Origin: Bacillus sp. (in: firmicutes)
GTDB taxonomy: Bacteria > Bacillota > Bacilli > Bacillales > DSM-1321
Assembly: GCA_051893455.1 (NCBI GenBank)
Contig: JBJFHG010000064.1
Coordinates: 159 to 64,158, forward strand
DNA length: 64,000 bases
Direction: 5' to 3'
Below the pieces are notes generated by a model that searched no databases, had not been told where the DNA came from, and worked only from the letters and a program-made list of their open reading frames with translations. The position numbers and the translations under genes were made by a program. Below, one piece after another: positions 22,099 to 33,029 of the stretch (the stretch's first letter is position 1; each line of letters starts with the position of its first letter).

Positions 22099-22148
22099 AG
22101 TGGGTGTTAACAAGTGAAATCTCCTCTGATTTAAAAGGAGGATGAAAA

Positions 22149-22982
22149 ATGAAATTAAGCAGCCGATTTTTTAAGATGAAGCAGGAGCTGGAAAAGATTG
22201 TGATGGTAACCGCCTATGATTACCCTTCCGCTAAATTGTCGGAAGAGGCCGGGGTCGACATGATCCTTGTGGGAGACTCATTGGGGATGGTTGTATTAGG
22301 TTATGAATCTACTGTTCCGGTGACAGTCGAGGATATGATCCATCATACAAAGGCTGTGAAACGCGGTGCTAAATCAACATTCATAGTCACAGATATGCCA
22401 TTTATGAGCTATCATTTGTCTATTGATGAAACACTGAAAAGTGCAGCCCGCATCATTCAGGAAGGCGGAGCGGATGCATTAAAACTCGAAGGCGCAGGGG
22501 AAGTCATCTATAAGATTGCCGCATTGACAAGAGCAGGAGTACCTGTGGTCGGCCATTTGGGGTTGACCCCGCAGTCTGTTGGAGTACTTGGAGGCTATAA
22601 AGTCCAAGGCAAGAATGCGGAGGATGCCAAGCGTTTACTCGAGGATGCTAAGAAAGTTCAGGAGGCCGGCGCCTTTATGCTGGTGCTCGAATGTGTGCCG
22701 CATCAACTCGGTGAGCTCGTATCCAGAGAATTAGACATACCGACTATCGGAATTGGGGCAGGAAACGGCACAGATGGGCAAGTCCTTGTGTATCATGACG
22801 TAGTCCAATATGGAGTAAGCCGTTTGCCTAAATTCGTGAAGTCATACGGCAATGTGAACGAGTCTATCAAATCAGCTCTGGAAAGTTACGCGAAAGAAGT
22901 GAAATCTGGGGCCTTCCCGGAAATGGCACACTCCTTCACCATGAAAGAAGAAGAAATCGAGGCACTTTACGGAGGTAAATAA
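22149..22982 (+). CDS. panB: 3-methyl-2-oxobutanoate hydroxymethyltransferase
   Basis: [42 protein letters not shown]. Confidence 0.98.
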   Translation: MKLSSRFFKMKQELEKIVMVTAYDYPSAKLSEEAGVDMILVGDSLGMVVLGYESTVPVTVEDMIHHTKAVKRGAKSTFIVTDMPFMSYHLSIDETLKSAARIIQEGGADALKLEGAGEVIYKIAALTRAGVPVVGHLGLTPQSVGVLGGYKVQGKNAEDAKRLLEDAKKVQEAGAFMLVLECVPHQLGELVSRELDIPTIGIGAGNGTDGQVLVYHDVVQYGVSRLPKFVKSYGNVNESIKSALESYAKEVKSGAFPEMAHSFTMKEEEIEALYGGK

Positions 22983-23828
22983 ATGGACATCATCACACAT
23001 GCAAAGGAACTGCAGCAAACGATCAGTGGCCACAGGAAATCGGGAAAGCAAATTGGTTTTGTTCCTACTATGGGTTACCTGCATGAAGGGCATCTTCAAC
23101 TGATGAAGCAGGCGCGAAAAGAGAATGATGTAGTCGTTCTCAGTATTTTCGTCAATCCCCTTCAGTTTGGTGAAGGCGAGGATTACGATAAATACCCGCG
23201 TGATATGGATCATGATACGAAATTGGCGAAAGATGCCGGTGTCGATTATATTTTCTTCCCCACTGTGACGGAAATGTACAAAGACGGCATATCGGTGAAG
23301 GTGAAAGTGGAAAAGCGGACGAATGTCCTTTGCGGGGAATCAAGGCCTGGACATTTTGACGGTGTGGCAACCGTTTTGACGAAGTTGTTCAATATTGTCC
23401 AACCTGACAAAGCGTATTTTGGCCTGAAGGATGCCCAGCAAGTGGCCGTTGTGGAAGGATTGGTCGATGACTTCAATTTTCCGCTTGAGGTTGTAAGGGT
23501 TCCAATCATACGCGAACAGGACGGTTTAGCCAAAAGCTCACGCAATGTCTATCTGTTGAAAGAGGAACGGGAAGAGGCAAAAGAGCTCTACGCAGGCCTG
23601 CAGATGGCAAAGAGTAGCATTCTAGAAGGGGAGCGTGACCCGGAACGGATCACAGCCGCTATCCGGGATCATATCCAGTCACAAACGTCAGCAGCGATTG
23701 ATTATGTGGAAGTGTATTCATATCCGGAACTGCAGCGAATCCCTGTCATCAAAGGGGAAATCATTATCGCGGTGGCTGCTAAGTTCAAGGCAGCACGGCT
23801 GATCGACAATATTATACTATCAATCTAG
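22983..23828 (+). CDS. panC: Pantoate--beta-alanine ligase
   Basis: [45 protein letters not shown]. Confidence 0.98.
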   Translation: MDIITHAKELQQTISGHRKSGKQIGFVPTMGYLHEGHLQLMKQARKENDVVVLSIFVNPLQFGEGEDYDKYPRDMDHDTKLAKDAGVDYIFFPTVTEMYKDGISVKVKVEKRTNVLCGESRPGHFDGVATVLTKLFNIVQPDKAYFGLKDAQQVAVVEGLVDDFNFPLEVVRVPIIREQDGLAKSSRNVYLLKEEREEAKELYAGLQMAKSSILEGERDPERITAAIRDHIQSQTSAAIDYVEVYSYPELQRIPVIKGEIIIAVAAKFKAARLIDNIILSI

Positions 23829-23848
23829 CAGATCGGGAGGTTTTCATT

Positions 23849-24235
23849 GTGTACAGAACAATGATGAAGGGGAAAATACATCGGGCAACCGTGACGGAAG
23901 CTAATTTGAACTATGTGGGGAGCATTACGATTGACCAGGACATATTGGATGCAGTCGATATGCTGCCGAACGAAAAAGTGGCAATCGTCAACAATAACAA
24001 TGGAGCGCGCTTCGAGACATATATCATTGCAGGGGATCGCGGAAGCGGAGTCATCTGCCTAAATGGCGCGGCGGCGCGCTTGGTGCAGCCCGATGATATT
24101 GTGATCATCATCTCATATGCCCTGGTAGCTGAAGAGCAAGTAAAAGCGCATCGGCCGAGAATCGCCATCATGGGTGAAGGAAATAAAATTAATGAAATCA
24201 TCGATTACGAACCAGAATTGACGGTTTTGCCGTAA
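23849..24235 (+). CDS. panD: Aspartate 1-decarboxylase
   Basis: [21 protein letters not shown] (Gly-Ser autocleavage site), [14 protein letters not shown]. Confidence 0.98.
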   Translation: MYRTMMKGKIHRATVTEANLNYVGSITIDQDILDAVDMLPNEKVAIVNNNNGARFETYIIAGDRGSGVICLNGAAARLVQPDDIVIIISYALVAEEQVKAHRPRIAIMGEGNKINEIIDYEPELTVLP

Positions 24236-24244
24236 TCATATTGC

Positions 24245-24311
24245 TGACTGCATTGTAATCAGGCTGTATAATCATGTAAGATGGATTATACAGCCTTTTA
24301 TCATGCAGTCA
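24245..24311. terminator. Nested palindrome; probable pan operon terminator
   Basis: Inner 13-bp perfect stem AGGCTGTATAATC/GATTATACAGCCT followed by TTT; outer 9-bp TGACTGCAT/ATGCAGTCA. Confidence 0.6.
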
Positions 24312-24417
24312 CGCTTCTTAAAAAGTGACTGTGGATGCAGGAATCAGGCATAACCGTCAGCGGGAGGAACGATACATAATTGTCCCATGACGTGAAGATA
24401 TTTGAGGTGTGACATAG

Positions 24418-27204
24418 ATGGCTCAACGATACGTTGTAATAGATTTGGAAACGACGGGGAACTCCGTGAAAAAAGGGGATAAAATTATCCAGTTTGCGGC
24501 TGTCGTCGTGGAAGACAATAAGATAATCGAAGAATACTCGACCTTCATGAATCCGGGGAAACCATTATCCTCTTTTATAGAAGAATTGACGGGCATACAG
24601 GAAGAACAGCTTGCAAAAGCGCCTTTATTTGCCGAGGTTGCCCCAAAAATCATCAGCTTGCTGGAAAATGCTTGTTTTGTGGCGCATAATGTGCTGTTCG
24701 ACCTATCCTTCTTGCAGGATGAGTTGCTCGAAGCGGGATATGAAGGTTTTTTCGGTTCGACGATCGATACAGTTGAATTGGCGAAAATTATGCGTCCTGG
24801 AGCAGCGAGCTACAAGTTGTCCCAGTTGGCTGAAACAGAAGGGGTGGGCCATGATCGCCCGCATCAGGCCGATAGCGATGCCTACGCAACTGCGGAACTG
24901 TTCATTTTATTCACCCGGGAACTAAGCAAGTTTCCCCTTGTGACGATGAAGCAGCTACATAAGCTGTCTCAATCGTTAAAAAGCGAGATTTCCGAGTTGA
25001 TCGGTGATCTGTTGGATGATCGTATGAAGCACAGTCCGATTCATCACCCGAATCTCATGATCAACAAAGGTATTGCGTTCAGAAGGCCAGTTGCAGACCA
25101 GCTGATTGAAAGGAATGGACAGGAGGAATATCCTCTTACAGCTGAAGAAAAGACGGCTATGATCAAACAGGCATTTGCCCATTTTGAGCCGAGGGAAGAC
25201 CAATTAAAGATGATGGATGATGTATACGATGTGATCACCAATGACAAAATCGCCATGATTGAGGCCGGAACAGGCTTAGGAAAGACGTTGGGCTACTTGT
25301 TGCCGGCAGCTTATATGTCTGTCCAGAGGCATGCAAAAGTCATCATCAGCACTTATACAATTGAACTACAGAATCAATTGCTGCATAAGGAACTGCCAAA
25401 TTTGAGGGAAAGCATTCCTTTCCCGATCAATACCGTCGTTATAAAGGGCAGGAGCAATTATATCAGCCTTGCTAAGTTTGATAGAGTCCTTCGCATCAGA
25501 GAGGACAACTATGACAGTAACTTGACGAGGATGCAAATACTGGTGTGGCTTTTGACGACAGAAACAGGGGATAAAGATGAATTGAACCTGACGAGCGGCG
25601 GGGAATTATTTTGGGAAAAACTGCAGAATGGGATTCGATTAGAGAATGCCCATCAGGCGTCGTGGGAACCATTTGAGTTTTATGAAAGGGCGAAAGCAAG
25701 TGCGGAAGAAGCAGATATTCTGATCACCAACCATGCTTATTTGATGACAAACTACTTCTTTAATCCTAGGGAAGCTTTCGAAAATGCAACCATCATCATA
25801 GATGAGGCGCATCAGTTGGAGAGCGCTGCCCTGAAGCATCTCGGCACAGCAATCGATTATGTATCGATTAAAATGGTTCTAAATAAAGTAGGGGTCACAG
25901 AACAAAAGCTGCTTACATACCGGCTGAAACAGCTAGCGGCTAAGCAACAAGAACAGCGAATTATTCAGGAAATCGAAAGAAGGACACAGGAATCGGCCTA
26001 TGAGCTTGATCAGTTTTTCCACATGCTTTCTCGCTTGTCCGATAAGGAACGTACATCCAATGAGACGAATGCGCTGAATCTGCAAAAGACGATGGAGAAG
26101 AAAAAGATGAATCGGCCGTTGCAAATGATAGCGGAACGTCTTGCCGGACAGTTCAATCGGCTTTCTTCCTTATTTGATGATTTTGTCACGAGAGTTGTTG
26201 AGAGAGAGCAACTCGGAAAATCGCAGATCCATTATATATCGGAAGCATACAGTATCTCTCAGTTTTTATCGGATAAAGCAAGAGAGTTTACCGAATTTTT
26301 TATACAGCCGAAAGCGGACTTCCTGTATTGGATCGAATGGAATAGAAACAGTCCGGTACAGTATGCATCCCTGTACTCGCAGCCAATCCTCGCAGCCAAT
26401 GCATTGTGGAAACAGTTCTTTTCACGGCAAAAGAGCGTGGTGTTGACATCGTCGACTCTGACAGTAAAAGGCTCATTCTCTTATATGAAAGATAAACTTG
26501 GCATCGAGCAGAGCGAGACATTCATGTATCCGTCACCATTCGATTTCCGCAGCAAAGTGAAGATGTTAGTGGCTGATGACCTTCCTGAGGTAATTAAGGT
26601 TAACACAGAGGAGTATGCCCGCTCATTGGCGTTATATATTAAAGAAGCAGCGCTTGCCTGCAAAGGGAGAATGCTCGTGCTGTTTACCTCCCATGAGATG
26701 CTTCGGACCACACATGAAGAATTGAAAAATCTCCGGGAGCTTGAAGATTTCAACCTATTGTCCCATGGGGTGACTAGCAACAGTAAAACAAGGTTGATTA
26801 AGTACTTCCAGAACTTCGACAAGTCAATCTTGCTGGGGACTGCCGGCTTTTGGGATGGTTTGGACCTTCCTGGGGAAACACTGCAATGCTTGATGATGGT
26901 AAGGTTGCCATTTACATCGCCAAAAGAGCCGATACACGAGGCCAGATGCAAGCAGATAGAAGCAATGGGAGGCAATCCGTTTGCGGAATACTCACTTCCG
27001 GAGGCCATCATGAAATTCAGGCAAGGTTTCGGAAGGCTGATCCGCACACGAGATGATAAAGGGATATTCATCATCTGTGATAAGCGGGTCACAAACGCTT
27101 CGTACGGTAAAGACTTTATTTCGTCCTTACCGGAGATGGATCGGGAGGGTGTACAGTTAGGAAGTCTGCAGAAGACAATCAAAAGCTGGTTGCCCCATTC
27201 GTAA
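24418..27204 (+). CDS. dinG: DinG helicase with N-terminal DEDDh 3'-5' exonuclease domain
   Basis: VIDLETTG, VAHN..FD, HQADSDA; EAGTGLGKT, KGRSNY, DEAH, RLPF, QGFGRLIR. Confidence 0.96.
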   Translation: MAQRYVVIDLETTGNSVKKGDKIIQFAAVVVEDNKIIEEYSTFMNPGKPLSSFIEELTGIQEEQLAKAPLFAEVAPKIISLLENACFVAHNVLFDLSFLQDELLEAGYEGFFGSTIDTVELAKIMRPGAASYKLSQLAETEGVGHDRPHQADSDAYATAELFILFTRELSKFPLVTMKQLHKLSQSLKSEISELIGDLLDDRMKHSPIHHPNLMINKGIAFRRPVADQLIERNGQEEYPLTAEEKTAMIKQAFAHFEPREDQLKMMDDVYDVITNDKIAMIEAGTGLGKTLGYLLPAAYMSVQRHAKVIISTYTIELQNQLLHKELPNLRESIPFPINTVVIKGRSNYISLAKFDRVLRIREDNYDSNLTRMQILVWLLTTETGDKDELNLTSGGELFWEKLQNGIRLENAHQASWEPFEFYERAKASAEEADILITNHAYLMTNYFFNPREAFENATIIIDEAHQLESAALKHLGTAIDYVSIKMVLNKVGVTEQKLLTYRLKQLAAKQQEQRIIQEIERRTQESAYELDQFFHMLSRLSDKERTSNETNALNLQKTMEKKKMNRPLQMIAERLAGQFNRLSSLFDDFVTRVVEREQLGKSQIHYISEAYSISQFLSDKAREFTEFFIQPKADFLYWIEWNRNSPVQYASLYSQPILAANALWKQFFSRQKSVVLTSSTLTVKGSFSYMKDKLGIEQSETFMYPSPFDFRSKVKMLVADDLPEVIKVNTEEYARSLALYIKEAALACKGRMLVLFTSHEMLRTTHEELKNLRELEDFNLLSHGVTSNSKTRLIKYFQNFDKSILLGTAGFWDGLDLPGETLQCLMMVRLPFTSPKEPIHEARCKQIEAMGGNPFAEYSLPEAIMKFRQGFGRLIRTRDDKGIFIICDKRVTNASYGKDFISSLPEMDREGVQLGSLQKTIKSWLPHS

Positions 27205-27400
27205 ATACCGGCAAAAAAAGTGGGGCATCCACAGGAAAACTGTTATAATATTGTCTGAGTACTTTCTTGCGGTCATTTTACCCAAAGACCGATGCAAGTA
27301 ATCGCCCAGCACTTTGTCAAGCAGTTCTAAAAGGACACAAGACCAACAGGAATTTGCATAGTGTATGGCATTGTTTCATATCTTCAAGGGGGCGGATGAA

Positions 27401-27571
27401 TTGCAAAGTAAACCGGAAGTTGTTTCAATCGTCAAGGTGCAGTACCAGCCGGACCTCTATAAAATCGTTGATGCATTGAACAGGAACCTGAAACATGACC
27501 AACTGATGTTCGGGCTGGCCCTTGATAAAGAAAACGATAAAATTGCGGTATTGACTATCTATCGTACATAA
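27401..27571 (+). CDS. ypmA: YpmA family small protein
   Basis: DLYKIVDALNR.LK...LMFGLALD...TIYRT; TTG start with AAGGGGG RBS. Confidence 0.9.
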   Translation: MQSKPEVVSIVKVQYQPDLYKIVDALNRNLKHDQLMFGLALDKENDKIAVLTIYRT

Positions 27572-27585
27572 AGTGAGTGGTTTAA

Positions 27586-28035
27586 TTGAAAAAATGGATC
27601 TGGATTGTAAGCACGATTGTCGTGTTGTTGCTTGGATATATCGTGTATTCGGCCATGGCCGGTATTCAAGTGAAAAAGACAGCAGAAGAGGAAGCGACAA
27701 AGTTTGCCATCGATAAAGGTGGCCTGATCAGTGTAGATGAATTTTATCTATACCATGGGAGCAAAACCTACTCTGTCGTGGTCGGAAAATCAAAAGATAA
27801 AACAGAATATGTGTTGTGGATCCCGGAAGATCTTAAAAAAGAGAATGTGAAGAAAATGAAATATGCTTCCGGATACAGTAAAGAGGAAATCATAGAGAAA
27901 GTGAAGGCAGAGCATAATCCGCACGAAATTGTTACTGTCAAACTGGGCATGAAAAAAGATGTGCCGGTATGGGAAGTGACGGTCAAGGATGAAAAAGGCG
28001 GCCTGACGTATATCGATTATAAATTTAAGAAATAA
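27586..28035 (+). CDS. ypmB: YpmB/TseB membrane-anchored PepSY-like protein
   Basis: N-terminal TM helix, Y.G...Y.VV.G, KLGM....PVWEV; between ypmA and aspB. Confidence 0.88.
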   Translation: MKKWIWIVSTIVVLLLGYIVYSAMAGIQVKKTAEEEATKFAIDKGGLISVDEFYLYHGSKTYSVVVGKSKDKTEYVLWIPEDLKKENVKKMKYASGYSKEEIIEKVKAEHNPHEIVTVKLGMKKDVPVWEVTVKDEKGGLTYIDYKFKK

Positions 28036-28077
28036 AATGAACTAATAAAAAGATGCTGATAAGGGGAGTAGCAAAAG

Positions 28078-29262
28078 ATGAAATTGGCAAAGCGAGTAGA
28101 GGCTCTTACACCATCAACGACATTGGCCATCACTGCTAAAGCAAAGGAAATGAAGGCGCAGGGGTTGGATGTCATCGGTCTCGGGGCAGGGGAACCAGAT
28201 TTTAATACACCACAAAACATCATCGACAAAGCAACGAAGTCAATTGAGGACGGGCACACGAAGTACACCGCTTCTGCCGGATTGCCGATCCTGAAGCAAG
28301 CGATTGCCGATAAGTTAAAGAGGGACCAGAATCTTGAATACAAGCTTTCAGAAATCATAGTCGCATCTGGAGCGAAGCATGCTTTGTACACTTTGTTTCA
28401 AGCCATTCTTGACGAAGGGGACGAGGTTATCATTCCAACGCCTTATTGGGTCAGCTACCCGGAACAAGTGAAACTGGCCGGAGGTGTTCCTGTATTTTGT
28501 GAAGGCCGCGAAAGCAATAGCTTTAAAGTCACTCCGGAAGAGCTGAAGGAAAAGATAACACCAAGAACCAAGGCAGTCATCATCAACTCACCGAGCAATC
28601 CGACGGGCATGCTTTATTCTGCCGGCGAACTGGAAGCGATCGGACAAGTGTGTCTTGAGCATGATCTATTGATCGTTTCAGATGAAATATATGAAAAATT
28701 AGTGTATGGAGATGCTGAGCACGTGTCGATTGCGCAACTGTCTCCACAGTTAAAGGACCAGACCATCATCATCAACGGGGTATCCAAGTCCCATAGTATG
28801 ACCGGATGGAGAATTGGGTATGCTGTCGGTAACGAAAGCATCATTAAAGCCATGACAAACCTGGCAAGCCACAGCACTTCCAATCCGACAACCACAGCCC
28901 AATATGGTGCCGTTGAGGCCTATGAAGGCCCTCAAGATGCCGTCGAAACGATGAGGCAGGCCTTCGAGGATAGATTGGAAGCCATTTATGGCAAATTGGT
29001 TGCCATTCCGGGTGTCAGCTGTCTGAAGCCGCAAGGAGCATTTTACCTGTTCCCGAACGTGAAGGAAGCGTCCAAAGCCTGCGGGTATGATTCTGTCGAT
29101 GATTTCGTCGCAGGACTTCTGGAAGAAGCGCTTGTCGCTGTCGTGCCGGGCTCCGGATTTGGAGCAGAGGACAACATTCGCCTATCTTACGCGACGTCCC
29201 TTGATGTATTGGAAGAAGCGTTGCGTCGTATAGAATCGTTCATCCGGGCCAAATCAAAATGA
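28078..29262 (+). CDS. aspB: Aspartate aminotransferase
   Basis: MKLAKRV..LTPSTTLAITAKA, GAGEPDF, NSPSNPTG, DEIY, SKSHSMTGWRIGY. Confidence 0.96.
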   Translation: MKLAKRVEALTPSTTLAITAKAKEMKAQGLDVIGLGAGEPDFNTPQNIIDKATKSIEDGHTKYTASAGLPILKQAIADKLKRDQNLEYKLSEIIVASGAKHALYTLFQAILDEGDEVIIPTPYWVSYPEQVKLAGGVPVFCEGRESNSFKVTPEELKEKITPRTKAVIINSPSNPTGMLYSAGELEAIGQVCLEHDLLIVSDEIYEKLVYGDAEHVSIAQLSPQLKDQTIIINGVSKSHSMTGWRIGYAVGNESIIKAMTNLASHSTSNPTTTAQYGAVEAYEGPQDAVETMRQAFEDRLEAIYGKLVAIPGVSCLKPQGAFYLFPNVKEASKACGYDSVDDFVAGLLEEALVAVVPGSGFGAEDNIRLSYATSLDVLEEALRRIESFIRAKSK

Positions 29263-29486
29263 ATCAGCACATGATTAGACGTTATCATTTTTCCTGTCCC
29301 TCAGACTGATTTGAAGGAGCTGATCAGTCGAGTCGCGCATCGAACAAAGTGTTCATGTGGGCGGCTGTGAAGAATGCCAACGTTTGCCGATAGTCGGAGC
29401 TAAGCCCCTTGGCTTAGCTCCTATCACGTTTTAAGGCGAATACGTCCGGAGAATGGAGGTACTTGTCGGAAACTGGTGGAGAATGA

Positions 29487-29515
29487 TTGATTGAAGGTAC
29501 CGGGAAAGGTATAAT
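29487..29515 (+). promoter_or_regulatory. Putative SigA promoter of asnS
   Basis: TTGATT-17 bp-TATAAT. Confidence 0.6.
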
Positions 29516-29564
29516 GGAAAAGATAATTGTAGTATTGTATTGTTGAGTTGGAGGGAAAATTATT

Positions 29565-30857
29565 TTGAAGACAACTATTGCACAAGTATATAAATATGTT
29601 GATCAAGAAGTAACGATCGGTTGCTGGCTTGCCAACAAACGTTCTAGCGGAAAACTGGCTTTTCTGCAGCTGCGTGACGGTACCGGATTTATCCAAGGGG
29701 TCGTCGTGAAGGCGGAAGCAGGGGAAGAACTATTTCAGAAAGCCCGTTCCATTACACAGGAATCCTCTCTATATGTAACCGGCAAAGTTCAAAAGGACGA
29801 GCGCTCTCCGCTTGGTTACGAATTGTTGGTTACGGATGTTGAAGTGATTCACGAATCGACAGATTATCCGATTACGCCAAAAGCCCATGGAACAGAATTC
29901 TTGATGGACCATCGCCATCTATGGTTGCGTTCTAAGCGTCAGCATGCGGTCATGAAGATCCGTAATGAAATCATCCGTGCTACATACGAGTTCTTCAATG
30001 AACAAGGGTTTGTAAAAGTGGATCCGCCGATTTTGACAGGAAGCTCACCGGAAGGAACGACGGAATTGTTCGCGACTAAATACTTCGATGAAGACGCCTA
30101 CTTGTCACAAAGCGGTCAATTGTATATGGAAGCGGCTGCGATGGCGTTAGGGAAAGTGTTCTCTTTCGGACCGACATTCCGTGCGGAAAAATCTAAAACA
30201 CGCCGCCATCTGATTGAATTCTGGATGATTGAGCCGGAGATGGCCTTTGTGGAGTTCGAGGAGAACTTAGAAGTGCAAGAACAATATGTATCCCATATTG
30301 TACAATCTGTACTGAAACATTGTGAAACGGAACTTAAGGCACTTGGACGCGACACATCCAAATTGGAACAGATCAAAGCTCCATTCCCACGCATCTCTTA
30401 TGATGATGCCATTAAGTTCCTGCACGAAAAAGGATTCGATGATATCGTGTGGGGCGATGATTTTGGAGCGCCGCACGAAACAGCGATAGCGGAAGCTTTC
30501 GACAAGCCGGTCTTTATCACACACTATCCGAAGGATCTTAAGCCATTCTATATGCAGCCTGCGGCAGACCGTGATGATGTCGTGCTATGCGCAGACCTGA
30601 TCGCTCCGGAAGGATACGGGGAAATCATCGGCGGCTCCGAAAGGATCCATGACTATGACTTGCTTCTTGAGAACATCCAAAAACATGAACTGAGTGAAGA
30701 TGCCTACAAGTGGTATATGGAACTCCGTAAATACGGTTCTGTACCACACTCCGGGTTCGGTCTTGGATTGGAAAGAACAGTTGCCTGGATCAGCGGAGTC
30801 GAACACGTACGTGAAACAATCCCGTTCCCTCGTCTGTTGAACAGACTATACCCTTAA
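29565..30857 (+). CDS. asnS: Asparagine--tRNA ligase
   Basis: [55 protein letters not shown]; TTG start. Confidence 0.98.
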   Translation: MKTTIAQVYKYVDQEVTIGCWLANKRSSGKLAFLQLRDGTGFIQGVVVKAEAGEELFQKARSITQESSLYVTGKVQKDERSPLGYELLVTDVEVIHESTDYPITPKAHGTEFLMDHRHLWLRSKRQHAVMKIRNEIIRATYEFFNEQGFVKVDPPILTGSSPEGTTELFATKYFDEDAYLSQSGQLYMEAAAMALGKVFSFGPTFRAEKSKTRRHLIEFWMIEPEMAFVEFEENLEVQEQYVSHIVQSVLKHCETELKALGRDTSKLEQIKAPFPRISYDDAIKFLHEKGFDDIVWGDDFGAPHETAIAEAFDKPVFITHYPKDLKPFYMQPAADRDDVVLCADLIAPEGYGEIIGGSERIHDYDLLLENIQKHELSEDAYKWYMELRKYGSVPHSGFGLGLERTVAWISGVEHVRETIPFPRLLNRLYP

Positions 30858-30871
30858 ATCTATGTTTAGCA

Positions 30872-30926
30872 AGAACTGTACCCTCAGACCTTGGCTTCAA
30901 GCCATCGTCCGGCGGTACAGTTTTTC
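30872..30926 (+). terminator. Terminator after asnS
   Basis: AACTGTACC...GGTACAGTT followed by TTT. Confidence 0.7.
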
Positions 30927-31021
30927 TATGGACGGGTATCCAAGGTAAATCTTTATAAGTAAGATTTACTTGTTCTTTCGACAACCGATTTCGTGATATA
31001 CTGTCAAAGAGGTGTGTAGTA

Positions 31022-31723
31022 ATGATTAAAAACCAACTGATGACTTGGCTTCAGGAAGGAAACGTAACGATTCCTTCTTTTCTTTTCGTACACTATGCTG
31101 AAATGGGATTGAACGAGCAGGAACTATGTTTGTTGCTGCATTTACAGCAATTTCAGAAAGAGGGGAACAGTTTTCCGACCCCGGACGAAATCAGCAAAAG
31201 AATGACTATGCCATCCTTACAATGTATGAATCTTGTCAGAGGACTTATTCAAAAAGGATTCCTCGAAATAACAGAAAATATAACGAATGAACAGGTATTG
31301 AATGAAACGTATTCCTTAATGCCATTGCAGAAAAAAATGATAGAGCATTTCCTCTTGAAGCAGAACGAACAGGAAACAGAGGAAAAACAAGAGGATGAGA
31401 GAAGTTTATATACGATATTTGAACAGGAGTTCGGCCGGCCGTTATCGCCATTTGAATGTGAAACACTGGCTATGTGGATCGATGCAGATCAGCATGATAG
31501 CCAAATCATTACAGCCGCTTTACGGGAAGCGGTCATTTCCGGGAAAATCAATTTCCGCTATATAGACCGTATTCTTTTCGAGTGGAAGAAGAACGGTATC
31601 CGTACTGTCGAGCAGGCGCGGGCTTATGGGGAGAAGATCCGGACACATCAGAGGAAGGAGAAGAGAACGCCGCAAAACCAGAAAGCTGCGGAAGTCCCTT
31701 TCTATAATTGGTTGGAAAATTAA
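31022..31723 (+). CDS. dnaD: Primosomal protein DnaD
   Basis: FPTP.E...RM, FEQEFGRPLSPFE, FRYIDRILFEW, FYNWLE. Confidence 0.96.
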   Translation: MIKNQLMTWLQEGNVTIPSFLFVHYAEMGLNEQELCLLLHLQQFQKEGNSFPTPDEISKRMTMPSLQCMNLVRGLIQKGFLEITENITNEQVLNETYSLMPLQKKMIEHFLLKQNEQETEEKQEDERSLYTIFEQEFGRPLSPFECETLAMWIDADQHDSQIITAALREAVISGKINFRYIDRILFEWKKNGIRTVEQARAYGEKIRTHQRKEKRTPQNQKAAEVPFYNWLEN

Positions 31724-31754
31724 CGGTCAGCAATGCAAAGGAGCTTTAAGAACT

Positions 31755-32420
31755 ATGTTGAGCAAAAAACAGACGGAGTATTGTTTGGGGAAGATGGAAG
31801 AGATGTTTCCGGATGCCCACTGTGAATTGAACCACAAAAATCCCTTTGAGCTAGTGATTGCTGTCGCTTTATCTGCTCAATGCACGGATGCACTCGTCAA
31901 TAAAGTGACAGCATCGTTATTCCAAAAATATCAAACGCCTGAGGACTATTTAAGTGTACCTCTCGAAGAGCTGCAAAATGATATCCGTTCCATCGGCCTA
32001 TACCGAAATAAGGCCAAAAATATCCAAAAGTTATGTCATATGCTTCTGGCAGACTATGGCGGAAAAGTGCCGGCCGATCGTGACGAATTGACGAAGCTTC
32101 CGGGAGTGGGAAGAAAAACGGCAAATGTAGTTGTATCTGTAGCATATGGTGTTCCGGCTATTGCGGTCGACACCCATGTCGAGCGGGTGAGCAAACGGTT
32201 AGCCTTCTGTCGATGGAAGGATAGTGTGCTTCAGGTGGAAGAGACCTTAATGAGGAAGATCCCGAAGGAACAATGGTCTGCAGCACATCATACGATGATA
32301 TTCTTTGGCAGGTATCATTGCAGAGCCCAAAATCCTAAATGCAGCGAATGCCCGCTGAATGATATATGTCGGGAAGGCAAGAAACGATTAAAGAACAAGA
32401 AAGTTGTGAAGAAGGTATGA
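31755..32420 (+). CDS. nth: Endonuclease III
   Basis: LSAQCTD..VN, LPGVGRKTANVV, AVDTHV.R, Fe-S motif C-x6-C-x2-C-x5-C. Confidence 0.98.
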   Translation: MLSKKQTEYCLGKMEEMFPDAHCELNHKNPFELVIAVALSAQCTDALVNKVTASLFQKYQTPEDYLSVPLEELQNDIRSIGLYRNKAKNIQKLCHMLLADYGGKVPADRDELTKLPGVGRKTANVVVSVAYGVPAIAVDTHVERVSKRLAFCRWKDSVLQVEETLMRKIPKEQWSAAHHTMIFFGRYHCRAQNPKCSECPLNDICREGKKRLKNKKVVKKV

Positions 32421-32944
32421 ATCATCCAATAAAGCTTCAGTTACCGACCAGCCTTATGCAGAGCGGCTTTGTCCGGTTGCCGGAAGAAATCACAGTGGAA
32501 CCCGCAGAGTACAGCAGCTGGAACGGACAGGCCATCCGCTACTTCATCTATGAACAGCTGCATGCAAACGGGACAGATGGATACTTGCCGTGGCAGGACT
32601 TCCAAGCGCTCAAGAAACTGGCAGAAGCGTGGAGTCTTAGCGAGGAAAAGCTGGAAGCACTGTATGGCGAGCGGAACCGCAAAGAAGCAGAACCGCTGAT
32701 GGAAGATGCCATCTGTATGTGCTTTTCATTCCTTTTCTGGCTGAATGACGAGCCTGTTGCATTGGCGGATTGGAAAACGAAGGCAGAAACATTTACGTAT
32801 GTACCGGTGAACTTTACTGAACGGATGGATTATATCATCGCGCGTCCCTCTTTGTATCAATCATATAAGGCAATCCAGCAGATCATGATTGAGCTGGAAA
32901 AGTTGGCCGCCAAAAAATCAATAAAGTTAATCAGAAAACAGTAA
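32417..32944 (+). CDS. ypoC: YpoC family protein
   Basis: LFWLN..PV, P.N..ER..YI..RP..Y.SY; follows nth. Confidence 0.85.
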   Translation: MNHPIKLQLPTSLMQSGFVRLPEEITVEPAEYSSWNGQAIRYFIYEQLHANGTDGYLPWQDFQALKKLAEAWSLSEEKLEALYGERNRKEAEPLMEDAICMCFSFLFWLNDEPVALADWKTKAETFTYVPVNFTERMDYIIARPSLYQSYKAIQQIMIELEKLAAKKSIKLIRKQ

Positions 32945-32976
32945 AAAGGTCAGAGCAAAGTTGCTCTGACCTTTTT
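32943..32976. terminator. Bidirectional terminator between ypoC and ponA
   Basis: AAAAAGGTCAGAGCAA/TTGCTCTGACCTTTTT. Confidence 0.85.
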
Positions 32977-33029
32977 ATCTGAAGTTTAAAAATGACTGAG
33001 TGGCGGTAAAGGCCGGATCACCGGTCTTA

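Noticed and set aside
26481-27182. 233-aa antisense ORF inside dinG
   Set aside because: Shadow of a well-supported gene, with no RBS or recognisable motifs. The same applies to the other short overlapping ORFs in the track.
29263-29564. Possible T-box leader before asnS
   Set aside because: No AAGGTGGNACC(A/G)CG T-box sequence, and the likely promoter lies only about 50 nt upstream of the start codon.
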